A stretch of 64,000 nt of DNA from an uncultured Eubacteriales bacterium (GTDB lineage Bacteria > Bacillota > Clostridia > Peptostreptococcales > Anaerovoracaceae). Location of the stretch: NCBI GenBank assembly GCA_900315895.1, contig ONAY01000002.1, positions 7,165-71,164 of the forward strand, written 5' to 3'. Made by a program: the position numbers and the translations under genes. Below, piece after piece: positions 57,029 through 64,000 of this stretch; within the stretch, counting starts at the first letter, position 1, and each line of letters opens with the position of its first letter. The notes beneath the pieces were generated by a model. That model was not told the origin of the DNA. It worked only from the letters and a program-made list of their open reading frames with translations, and did no database searches.

Positions 57029-57058
57029 ATTATACTAAATCGGCAAAACTGTCGGCAA
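57029..57058 (-). promoter_or_regulatory. Candidate promoter of the glycyl radical enzyme gene
   Basis: Minus strand TTGCCG-18 nt-TATAAT, about 70 nt upstream of the ATG. Confidence 0.45.
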
Positions 57059-57118
57059 GGTTATTGTTGCGACAAAACGGTATTGAATTGCGAACTGTCC
57101 GCAAATAATCGCAAAAGA

Positions 57119-57150
57119 ATAAAAAAAGACCTGCTCACTTGGAACAGGTC
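57119..57150 (-). terminator. Intrinsic terminator of the tRNA operon
   Basis: GACCUG-UUCCAAGUGAG-CAGGUC followed by UUUUUUUAUU, 8 nt after tRNA-Cys. Confidence 0.7.
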
Positions 57151-57158
57151 TTCTCTCG

Positions 57159-57233
<75 letters not shown>

Positions 57234-57265
57234 ATGGTGCCGGGCTATGCTGTCCGGCTGAATAT

Positions 57266-57340
57266 TGGCTAGGGTAGCAGGATTCGAACCTGCGAATGAC
57301 GGAATCAGAATCCGTTGCCTTACCGCTTGGCGATACCCCA
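57266..57340 (-). tRNA. tRNA-Gln (CUG)
   Basis: TGGGGTATCGCCAAGCGGTAAGGCA..ACGGATTCTGATTCCGT..GCAGGTTCGAATCCTGC..TACCCTA-G-CCA; U1-A72 pair as in bacterial tRNA-Gln. Confidence 0.9.
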
Positions 57341-57353
57341 ATAAACAAAAAAA

Positions 57354-57430
57354 TGGGGTGGGTAGTGGGATTCGAACCCACGAATACAGGAGCCACAACC
57401 CTGGGTCTTAGCCGCTTGACGATACCCACC
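57354..57430 (-). tRNA. tRNA-His (GUG)
   Basis: Extra G-1 (GGTGGGTA..), anticodon loop TTGTGGC, T-arm GTGGGTTCGAATCCCAC, C73, CCA encoded. Confidence 0.9.
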
Positions 57431-57450
57431 ATATTATTAAGTTCGAAAAA

Positions 57451-57527
57451 TGGCGACCAAGATCGGGCTCGAACCGACGACCTCCAGCGTGACAGGCTGG
57501 CATTCTAACCAACTGAACTACTTGGCC
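57451..57527 (-). tRNA. tRNA-Asp (GUC)
   Basis: GGCCAAGTAGTTCAGTTGGTTAGAAT..CCAGCCTGTCACGCTGG..GTCGGTTCGAGCCCGAT..CTTGGTC-G-CCA. Confidence 0.9.
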
Positions 57528-57530
57528 ATG

Positions 57531-57606
57531 TGGTGGGAGTTACAGGGCTCGAACCTGTGACCCCCTGCTTGTAAGGCAGATGCTCTCCCAGCTGAGCTAA
57601 ACTCCC
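57531..57606 (-). tRNA. tRNA-Val (UAC)
   Basis: GGGAGTTTAGCTCAGCTGGGAGAGC..TCTGCCTTACAAGCAGG..ACAGGTTCGAGCCCTGT..AACTCCC-A-CCA. Confidence 0.9.
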
Positions 57607-57625
57607 ACACTATGATTGAAAAAAA

Positions 57626-57702
57626 TGGTAGCGGCGACTGGATTCGAACCAGTGACACCCCGGGTATGAACCGAGTGCTCTAGCCAACTGAGCCACGCCG
57701 CC
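57626..57702 (-). tRNA. tRNA with CAU anticodon (elongator Met, or Ile2 if lysidine-modified; not an initiator)
   Basis: GGCGGCGTGGCTCAGTTGGCTAGAGC..CTCGGTTCATACCCGGG..ACTGGTTCGAATCCAGT..CGCCGCT-A-CCA. It has a paired 1-72 position and no GGG/CCC anticodon stem, so it is not tRNA-fMet. Confidence 0.85.
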
Positions 57703-57733
57703 TCACCTATCAGCCTCACGGACTGCAAGGATT

Positions 57734-57762
57734 ATATTACTAAATTCCAAGTGCCTTGTCAA
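57734..57762 (-). promoter_or_regulatory. Promoter of the six-tRNA operon
   Basis: Minus strand TTGACA-17 nt-TAATAT (overlapping TATAAT), about 30 nt upstream of the first tRNA. Confidence 0.6.
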
Positions 57763-57813
57763 TCATTTTTTATCTAAAATTTTGATATTAATTATACTAA
57801 AATAAAAAAACCC

Positions 57814-57841
57814 GGGCGGCAGCAGCCGCCCGTAATAGGTC
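57814..57841 (-). terminator. Intrinsic terminator of the pilus operon
   Basis: GGGCGGC-UGCU-GCCGCCC followed by GGGUUUUUUUAUUUU, directly after the adhesin stop codon. Confidence 0.85.
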
Positions 57842-59935
57842 CTATGCCCTTCTGGTCAGCATGGTGACAGTCGATAGCATACTGAGAAGTACTCCCAAGG
57901 TGACAATATGAAATACCATACCATTTGAGCCGGTATCAGGAAGGCCGTGCATCTTCACATCAACCATGACAACCTTATCAGTCGGTACTCCGCCCACTAT
58001 TGTGTTACCTTCCCTGTCCACTTCGAATTCTACATCTTCAGATGCAAGATATCCTGGAGGCGCAGACTTTTCGATCAAGTAATACGTTCCTTCTGCTAAG
58101 GAAAAGACTGAATGATCATCTTCCGTGGTGGTCCATTCATCCAGTACAGTCCCTTCGCTGTCACATAGCTGAAGTTCTGCTCCGGAAAGGAGGTCACCAT
58201 ATTCATCCACCTTTGAAAGTACAGTTTGGTTTGACACGTACACCACCTCTATGCTGTGGTCACTATGGATATCGTTGAACTGATATGAGTCGGTATAAAG
58301 AGATATATCCTGAGATTCACCATCCACCGTGACTGTGCTTAGGTGATGTCCGGGATCAGGTGAATATTCTACCAGTCCGTCCTCTCCTTCCCATAGTGAC
58401 AGATCATCTGTGATGGTTCCATTGGTCACGGCAGTTGATACAGTATACCTTTTACCATAAGTTACCGTTACATGGTGGTCGGCCTGCACATTCTCAAAAG
58501 TGTAGCCTTCTTCGTGGCCGGATGTGTCTATCTGCGTCCCGTCCACATCCATGCTCTTAAGTACGTATCCTTCGTTTCCATGGTACGTTAGGTCCACCCT
58601 TCCTCCCGGGGCCACCCAGTATGATGCTTCACTTTCTGTATCCGAATCCCCTGCTCGGCCATTTATTACCGTAAGATCGATCCTGTACTTTCTGTCAAAT
58701 TCCACCTCATACCGATAGTCCTGCTGAATATTGGTAATAGGCATAATATAAGGATCTGAATTCATCACCTCATTTGCACTATAGCTTCGGACCAGGGTCT
58801 CCCTGGAATGAGGGCCCACTGAATATAGTCTTACGGCAGAGATATAGTATTCGTCCGCAGGATCTATAACGCAATTTACGTTCATCCCGCAGGATACCGT
58901 AACATCCACAGGGTCGATACTGCCTTCTCCTCTTATGATCTTTCCCTTCACATTATAGTACTTGGCGAATTCATAGGCCTCCTGACCGATGATGGTGGTT
59001 CCAAGAGACCTGAAGCCAAACCATCTGAGGGTGCTTCCGGTAGAGTCGAACAGCGCAGCAAAACCCGATCTCCAGGTGTTTTCATCCGCAACAGTTCCGC
59101 ATATCCGGTAGCAGTTTTTTGCTCTATCAAAAGAAACATCCGTGATGGTATTCGGCTCCATATAGATCGTCGGTTCCTCCCTGTTGGTTCCGCTTAACAC
59201 TCCGGATATTATGTTGTAACCCTCTAAATATGAATCGAAATCTCTTGATCCGTAAAGAAGGGATCCCTTTGGAGCATTATCATCAGTTCCCGGCATAACG
59301 ACTCTGAATTCATACTCGTACTCCACCTTATATCTTCCGTATGAAGTGGGAGCATGGGTCGTAGAACCGTAATTGTCATAGGCCGTAGGATTAGTCGATA
59401 TAATAGGGTCATTTTTCTCCTGATAATAGAACAGATTGACTCCTACCAAGGGGTCCCTTGTGCAGTATGCCGGGTCAGGCGTAATGATCAGATTCTTGAT
59501 CAAAAGGATCAGGTCAAATCTGTCGCCGGCTCCGTTCTTAACAGAATCAGCGATCCTGACCATCGCTATATCTCCCGGTATCTCCTTGGACTCGGTATTG
59601 TCTCCGAAGCCTCCTCCCGTATAGATAAGTGAGGTCATATAGCAATCGTGAAGACCACCCTTGTAATAGTACCTTTTCAGCTGAAATAGCTCTGTGTTTA
59701 GAAGATCGATTGAAATCTTGTCTGAAGAAGCGGGGTTGCCGTAGATATAATCATAGCCGGTCACATTTTCCACACCCGTTGTCCTGTCAAGAACAAGATC
59801 ACCTTCGGAATAGATCCCGGGAGTAAAGGCAGGCACACTTTTTCCTGCCAAAGGATCGTCTTCTCCAAAAACCGAAGTGATAGGCAATAGGGTCAGCACT
59901 AAGGCAAACATTATCACAATTATCTTTTTCATCAT
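57842..59935 (-). CDS. LPXTG-anchored surface protein, candidate pilus tip adhesin
   Basis: Signal peptide MMKKIIVIMFALVLTLLPITSVFGE, about 300-aa N-terminal region with no motif I recognise, tandem Ig-like repeats. CnaB-type domain with E-box-like YYLIEKSAPPGY; sorting signal LPDTG + hydrophobic helix + RRA. Confidence 0.8.
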   Translation of the reverse strand: MMKKIIVIMFALVLTLLPITSVFGEDDPLAGKSVPAFTPGIYSEGDLVLDRTTGVENVTGYDYIYGNPASSDKISIDLLNTELFQLKRYYYKGGLHDCYMTSLIYTGGGFGDNTESKEIPGDIAMVRIADSVKNGAGDRFDLILLIKNLIITPDPAYCTRDPLVGVNLFYYQEKNDPIISTNPTAYDNYGSTTHAPTSYGRYKVEYEYEFRVVMPGTDDNAPKGSLLYGSRDFDSYLEGYNIISGVLSGTNREEPTIYMEPNTITDVSFDRAKNCYRICGTVADENTWRSGFAALFDSTGSTLRWFGFRSLGTTIIGQEAYEFAKYYNVKGKIIRGEGSIDPVDVTVSCGMNVNCVIDPADEYYISAVRLYSVGPHSRETLVRSYSANEVMNSDPYIMPITNIQQDYRYEVEFDRKYRIDLTVINGRAGDSDTESEASYWVAPGGRVDLTYHGNEGYVLKSMDVDGTQIDTSGHEEGYTFENVQADHHVTVTYGKRYTVSTAVTNGTITDDLSLWEGEDGLVEYSPDPGHHLSTVTVDGESQDISLYTDSYQFNDIHSDHSIEVVYVSNQTVLSKVDEYGDLLSGAELQLCDSEGTVLDEWTTTEDDHSVFSLAEGTYYLIEKSAPPGYLASEDVEFEVDREGNTIVGGVPTDKVVMVDVKMHGLPDTGSNGMVFHIVTLGVLLSMLSTVTMLTRRA
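58235..58687 (-). repeat. Two clear tandem ~75-aa protein repeats inside the adhesin (a third, degenerate copy extends to about 58960)
   Basis: aa 417-496 and 497-567 share Y.(I/V)...V.NG......G......Y....G..L....VDG.........Y.F..(V/I)..DH.(V/I).V.Y. Confidence 0.55.
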
Positions 59936-60564
59936 ACCTTGCTACCTCCTTCCTCACTTCTTGAGATCAACAGGCCTACAAGAAGCATCACCGATGAAAT
60001 TAATAATACGGTCTCACCTCTTAATCCCATTTCATCTCCTGTCTTGGGATTGACCTTATCCTTTAAAATAGTTGTCTTGGGGTAGCAGACTACGTCATAG
60101 CCTTCTTCGCTTGGAACCGATATCAAAAAGGGCTTCGCGGTTTCACACTTCTGAGACATTCCCTTTCCTCCTGTTTGAGTCACAAGATATATGCCCGTCT
60201 CAAGGTCCGGAAATCTTATGATTCCATCCTTGTCCGTGGTTCCTTGGATGTCCCAGTCATCCCTTCCTTTTGAGAGTTCTTCGGCCAACAGAGCCGTTTC
60301 TTCAGCTGACAATTTAAAAAGGTTCACCTGTTCCTTATTACCTTCTGAAGGCAGCTTCCCTTCGTAGTCCGTTACTCTCTTAATACCAAACACTGCCCCA
60401 TCTATATTTGTGACTTTACCTCCATCACTTACCCTGTAGCAAATCTCCAGGCTACCGGTCTTCCCTTCCGCCAATACATAGCAGGGAAAGAGGGCTATAA
60501 AAAAGATCGCCAAAGCTATGGCGATCCTGATATGTTTCTTGTTATTGATTCCTCCATACATCAT
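59932..60564 (-). CDS. Small single-domain pilin with canonical pilin motif and NPKTG sorting signal
   Basis: Signal peptide, CnaB-like DKDGIIRFPDLETGIYLVTQT, PFLISVPSEEGYDVVCYPKT (pilin motif VxVYPK). NPKTG + TM (VLLISSVMLLVGLLI) + charged tail. Confidence 0.75.
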   Translation of the reverse strand: MMYGGINNKKHIRIAIALAIFFIALFPCYVLAEGKTGSLEICYRVSDGGKVTNIDGAVFGIKRVTDYEGKLPSEGNKEQVNLFKLSAEETALLAEELSKGRDDWDIQGTTDKDGIIRFPDLETGIYLVTQTGGKGMSQKCETAKPFLISVPSEEGYDVVCYPKTTILKDKVNPKTGDEMGLRGETVLLISSVMLLVGLLISRSEEGGSKV

Positions 60565-61424
60565 TCACTCTCCTGTCTATTTTTTGATGTTATAGATATT
60601 GTTATTAAAACCACTGCAGATAAACTTATGATGAGCATGGTAAGGTACAGCGGAAGCCCATGTTTTGCGTCATCCACCGGATCTGTCCTTTGCACTTCAT
60701 TTGGAACTCTCTTTCCCCTGACCAGAAGCCTTTTGGTATTGATGCCGTAGGGTGTACAAGTCAGAAGGGTCACATAGTCTTTGTCGGGTTCTATCTTTAG
60801 AGCCTCGATCTCATCAGGCTCCACTACCGTTATCTGATCCACCTCATATGTCAGGATGCGATCCACAACGTGGATGTAGAATCTGTCACCCTCCTCCAGT
60901 TGATCCAAGTCCGTAAACAATCTTGCTGAAGGCAGCCCTCTATGAGCGCATAGTACGGAGTGGCTTCCCAAACCTCCTACGGGAAGAGAGGTGCCTTCTA
61001 TGTATCCAACACCCTTCTCCAGCACCTCTTCCCCCGTTCCATGATAAATGGCCAAAGTCTCGTTTATCTTCGGTACATCCAGATATCCCATTACCCCTGT
61101 ACCCTGCGGGTCCAGAAGACTTGAGTAGGAATCTGAAAGCCCATCATGGCAGTCATCTGAAAATGCATCCTTCACATAGTTTCTTTTATGGGTACTGTTG
61201 TATGCCAGTGCTTCAAGGTACATTGAATCATTTTCATCTTTTCCAGCGTCAGATATGGCATCTTCATATGCCACCGCCACCTTGAGATTCCTTTCGCGGT
61301 TGATCAGGTTGCTTACCGTAGGATAAAAAACGAAAGCTGCTCCGGCAACATAAAGGGCCAGGATCATGATCATCATTGGTCTATTTGCCTTCCCATGGCT
61401 GAGATCTGTCCTTCTCCTTCTCAT
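60561..61424 (-). CDS. Class C (pilin-polymerising) sortase
   Basis: N-terminal TM, VLCAHRGL (His), TLLTCTPYGINT (Cys), LLVRGKR (Arg), C-terminal TM LYLTMLIISLSAVVLITISI typical of class C. Confidence 0.92.
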   Translation of the reverse strand: MRRRRTDLSHGKANRPMMIMILALYVAGAAFVFYPTVSNLINRERNLKVAVAYEDAISDAGKDENDSMYLEALAYNSTHKRNYVKDAFSDDCHDGLSDSYSSLLDPQGTGVMGYLDVPKINETLAIYHGTGEEVLEKGVGYIEGTSLPVGGLGSHSVLCAHRGLPSARLFTDLDQLEEGDRFYIHVVDRILTYEVDQITVVEPDEIEALKIEPDKDYVTLLTCTPYGINTKRLLVRGKRVPNEVQRTDPVDDAKHGLPLYLTMLIISLSAVVLITISITSKNRQESE

Positions 61425-62968
61425 CCTTTCTCAGGTCTTGAAGCTCTTCTCCCAGTCACAAGGATGGTTCCTGCAAGGATGGCAGTAATACCTATGATCG
61501 AGTAGATCACCGTGCCTGTTCCACCTGTTGCGGGCAGATTTTTAAATGCAGTGTTTGGGATGTTCCCGTCCTTACCATCAGCCAAAGGAGTGGAAGTATA
61601 CGTTTTATTCATAAAATCATTTCCATCCTGATCAGTAATGGTGACTGTATAGCTGGAAAGTGTTTTGTCTGAGCCGTATACAGGACTTATTGTGACCGTG
61701 TAGGTATTCTGGTTAACTGCATATCCTTCCGGGGCCTTTGTCTCTCTCATGGTGTATGTGCCCTCTGACAAACCGGAGAAGTGAACGATACCATCATCAT
61801 TTGAAGACTCCAAGTATGAAACATCGTCTCCTGTTGTATTGGTGCCTGTAAGACTGAATCCTGCCCCCGGGAGGGCCAGTTCACTATCCTTTGAGTCCAC
61901 CTTGGTAAAGCTCAGATCGAATGAGTACACTACAGATTCTGCCTTGGGGCTTCCCGGATCAGAGGGATCATCATATGCCGTTGCTCCTCCCTGAGATGAT
62001 GGATCGTTTGAATAGACTATCTTCACCCTGTTATAGTTTCCCTGGAAGTCCAGTCCCGCATCTTCATTGAGGATTCCTTCGTACTTAATGGTCACCGATG
62101 TGCCCCCATGGGAAAGTACCCAGGCCGATTTAAAGTCTACCGTCAGGGTCTGGCCGGTAAGGCTTACCTCATAATTTGTCTTATCCACTACAGTTCCTGC
62201 TGCGTCCTCAACGGACACAGAGCTCTCATTGAATGTAAGTCCGGGATCTGCCGTATCCACCATTCTGAATGTCACGTTTTTGTAGACGGACTCATCATAG
62301 CTGGGTATGGCTGTGGTGACCACGTAATCAATGGTGTCATTGTATGAAAAAGATCTGATACCATCTTCTGTTTCCTTGGTCACCGTAACTTTAGAATGCT
62401 TGACCTCCGTGACTCCCCCTGTAACTGTCCAGCTTCCTGTGCTCATATCAAGTGAGCCTGCGCATATCTTGGATTCATTGTCATATCCAATGGATACGAT
62501 GGCAGGATTATAGATGTTTCCGCTAACACCCTTGACCAGCACTAGATACATTCCGGCTCCCAGGTCACCGGATCTGTAGGTGCATGCACTGGACCCGTCG
62601 CCCAATTGATGAGAGTCCGCAGGTGTCACATCGCTGAGCTCCAGTGCAGGCAGAACAAGGCTCCCATCCTGGATATCGCAGGTAATGGCCTGCACTTCTT
62701 CCAGTGTGGGCTCTTCAAGATCTGCGATGGAAACTCCTGCAACCGTTTCATATCCTGTAAGTCCAGCAGATGAATAGCCGGCATCTGCGATCTTGTAGGC
62801 CTTGACCGTGGCACCATGTTCGATGTTGGTCACCGCAATAGTCTGTGTGTCCTCAGCTGAAGGCATAGACGAAGCTTGGATCGATGCCGATACTGATGCA
62901 GGACATAATGCCATCGCCATTACCGCTGCGGACACCGCAGTCTTTGCTAATAGTTTTTTGAATTTCAT
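61421..62968 (-). CDS. LPXTG-anchored isopeptide-domain fimbrial protein (major-pilin-like)
   Basis: Signal peptide MKFKKLLAKTAVSAAVMAMALCPASVSA, VTVTKETEDGIRSFSYNDTIDYVVTTAIPSY, CnaB domain with E-box YTMRETKAPEGY. LPATG + TM + RRASR. ATG at 62968 follows GGAGAG. Confidence 0.85.
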   Translation of the reverse strand: MKFKKLLAKTAVSAAVMAMALCPASVSASIQASSMPSAEDTQTIAVTNIEHGATVKAYKIADAGYSSAGLTGYETVAGVSIADLEEPTLEEVQAITCDIQDGSLVLPALELSDVTPADSHQLGDGSSACTYRSGDLGAGMYLVLVKGVSGNIYNPAIVSIGYDNESKICAGSLDMSTGSWTVTGGVTEVKHSKVTVTKETEDGIRSFSYNDTIDYVVTTAIPSYDESVYKNVTFRMVDTADPGLTFNESSVSVEDAAGTVVDKTNYEVSLTGQTLTVDFKSAWVLSHGGTSVTIKYEGILNEDAGLDFQGNYNRVKIVYSNDPSSQGGATAYDDPSDPGSPKAESVVYSFDLSFTKVDSKDSELALPGAGFSLTGTNTTGDDVSYLESSNDDGIVHFSGLSEGTYTMRETKAPEGYAVNQNTYTVTISPVYGSDKTLSSYTVTITDQDGNDFMNKTYTSTPLADGKDGNIPNTAFKNLPATGGTGTVIYSIIGITAILAGTILVTGRRASRPEKG

Positions 62969-63010
62969 TTCTCTCTCCTTTTCCCTTTTGAAATATTGTG
63001 TATTTTGTGT

Positions 63011-63039
63011 ATAAAAAAACGGCATATGAAATGCCGTTT
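63011..63039 (-). terminator. Intrinsic terminator after the DHHW gene
   Basis: AAACGGCAU-UUCAU-AUGCCGUUU (9 bp) followed by UUUUAUAC. Confidence 0.8.
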
Positions 63040-63065
63040 GATTATCGTATTAAACTGAATCTATA

Positions 63066-64000
63066 CTATCCCCTTATCACTGTGTCCAGTTTTCCAACAA
63101 GATATGATGACCTGGTCATCCCGATGTTGTTCACGAAGATCACATCTTTGATACCATGCTCTTTTGCATAGTTTATGGCGTTTACAGATGTGTATCTGTA
63201 GTCCATAACGATCACCATGTGATAGTGGTCCACAAGGTAAGGAACGAAGCAGTTTCCGAAGGATTCCTTGATCACAAGGCATGCTGAATCATCCTGACGG
63301 TCCTCATTTACCAGTACTCTGAAGTCTCCGTCACCGCCAATGAAGGAATTGTACTTGAAAGAAATATCATAGTTGCTGTAATCAGGTATGATCTCTTTCT
63401 TCGCATCGTTTCCATCTCCGTCCTTTCCGACCATGTAAGAATTGGAGATCGGATAATATGCAACCAGATCATCGGGATTTGCCTGAAGCGCAGCACTCTT
63501 GGTGTCATAGTAGAAGGTTCCAAGGTAGCTTCCCATATCCTTCGCAGGTCTTCTGTCCAAAGAGATGGGAAGTAAGCCCTTTGCGTCGCAAAATACCTCG
63601 TAGGCATAGTATGCTCCCATGCTGGTCCAGTGATGGTCCGTTCTGAAATAGATATACTTATCTCTGTTCTCCATGAGATGATCATAGATGTCCAGATTGA
63701 TAACGTTATCATTGAACTTGGAATAAAGGTTGTCCAGTGCGGTGCGCTGATTTGATCCCTTCATCTGATCCTTGTATGCATCGGGGACGGTGATACCCGC
63801 AGATGTGGGCACAATCATAGCATAAACATTGGCGCTTCCCTTAAGCTGGTCTGCTGCATAGTTTACGATATCGCAGTAGCGTGCGGCAGTTCCTTCCACA
63901 TAATCATATATCTCAAATGCTGCGTCACCGATTATAGCGATGAATCCGCTATAGCTCAGATCTCCTGTGGCGTTTATGACGGGATAAGTCTTTTCGTCCA
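63066..64000 (-). CDS. DHHW-family (AlgX/AlgJ-like SGNH) protein, 5'-truncated by the window edge
   Basis: FRTDHHWTSMGAYYAYEVF motif. The ORF-track start at 63899 is GTG, but the frame stays open through 64000 (..DEKTYPVINATGDLSYSGFIAIIGDAAFEIYDYV-EGTAARY..), so the true start lies off-window. Confidence 0.75.
   Translation of the reverse strand, partial: DEKTYPVINATGDLSYSGFIAIIGDAAFEIYDYVEGTAARYCDIVNYAADQLKGSANVYAMIVPTSAGITVPDAYKDQMKGSNQRTALDNLYSKFNDNVINLDIYDHLMENRDKYIYFRTDHHWTSMGAYYAYEVFCDAKGLLPISLDRRPAKDMGSYLGTFYYDTKSAALQANPDDLVAYYPISNSYMVGKDGDGNDAKKEIIPDYSNYDISFKYNSFIGGDGDFRVLVNEDRQDDSACLVIKESFGNCFVPYLVDHYHMVIVMDYRYTSVNAINYAKEHGIKDVIFVNNIGMTRSSYLVGKLDTVIRG

Noticed and set aside
57703-63065. 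Pilus locus as a tRNA-targeted integrative island
   Set aside because: I found no integrase or recombinase, no duplicated tRNA 3' fragment and no flanking direct repeats. I cannot compute composition here, so I call it accessory-like only.

Overview
Chromosomal segment of a mid-GC Firmicute. Gene content and order look Clostridia-like, but the taxon cannot be fixed from this window. I call 52 complete protein genes (51 on the minus strand; only a GntR regulator is on plus), two edge-truncated genes and a six-tRNA operon. I also list hand-found promoters, intrinsic terminators and operator-like palindromes. Housekeeping blocks: comEA, a radical-SAM pair, obg-rpmA-rplU, recA with an SOS box, cinA-pgsA-rimO-ftsK, uppP-nth, cls-miaB-gpsA-plsY-der-ftsY-smc-rnc-plsX, glyA, folC-valS-mntP and rnhB-rbgA. 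Five regions deserve a second look. (1) 16.2-20.1 kb: a MurT-like ligase, a GatD-like protein that seems to lack the catalytic Cys and His, an ATP-grasp ligase and an M50 protease. (2) 54.6-57.0 kb: a monocistronic glycyl radical enzyme whose Cys loop reads GCIQP, with no activase in the window. (3) 46.3-52.4 kb: a TetR-containing operon (class-III PLP enzyme, class-II aldolase, FGGY kinase, Fe-ADH, GtrA) with a perfect palindrome at its promoter. (4) 43.3-45.8 kb: an acyl-adenylate ligase plus a CAT/E2-fold acyltransferase, apparently co-transcribed with rbgA-rnhB. (5) 57.8-63.0 kb: a terminator-bounded sortase-pilus operon next to the tRNA cluster, where the canonical YPK pilin motif and an NPKTG sorting signal sit in a 210-aa single-domain subunit. 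I saw no CRISPR array, IS element, integrase or rRNA. All calls come from reading the ORF translations and the DNA by eye. No database or HMM search was run, so family names rest on recalled motifs and should be confirmed. Several ORF-track starts are TTG or GTG, or are over-extended, and I re-set them where an internal ATG with an RBS fits better.
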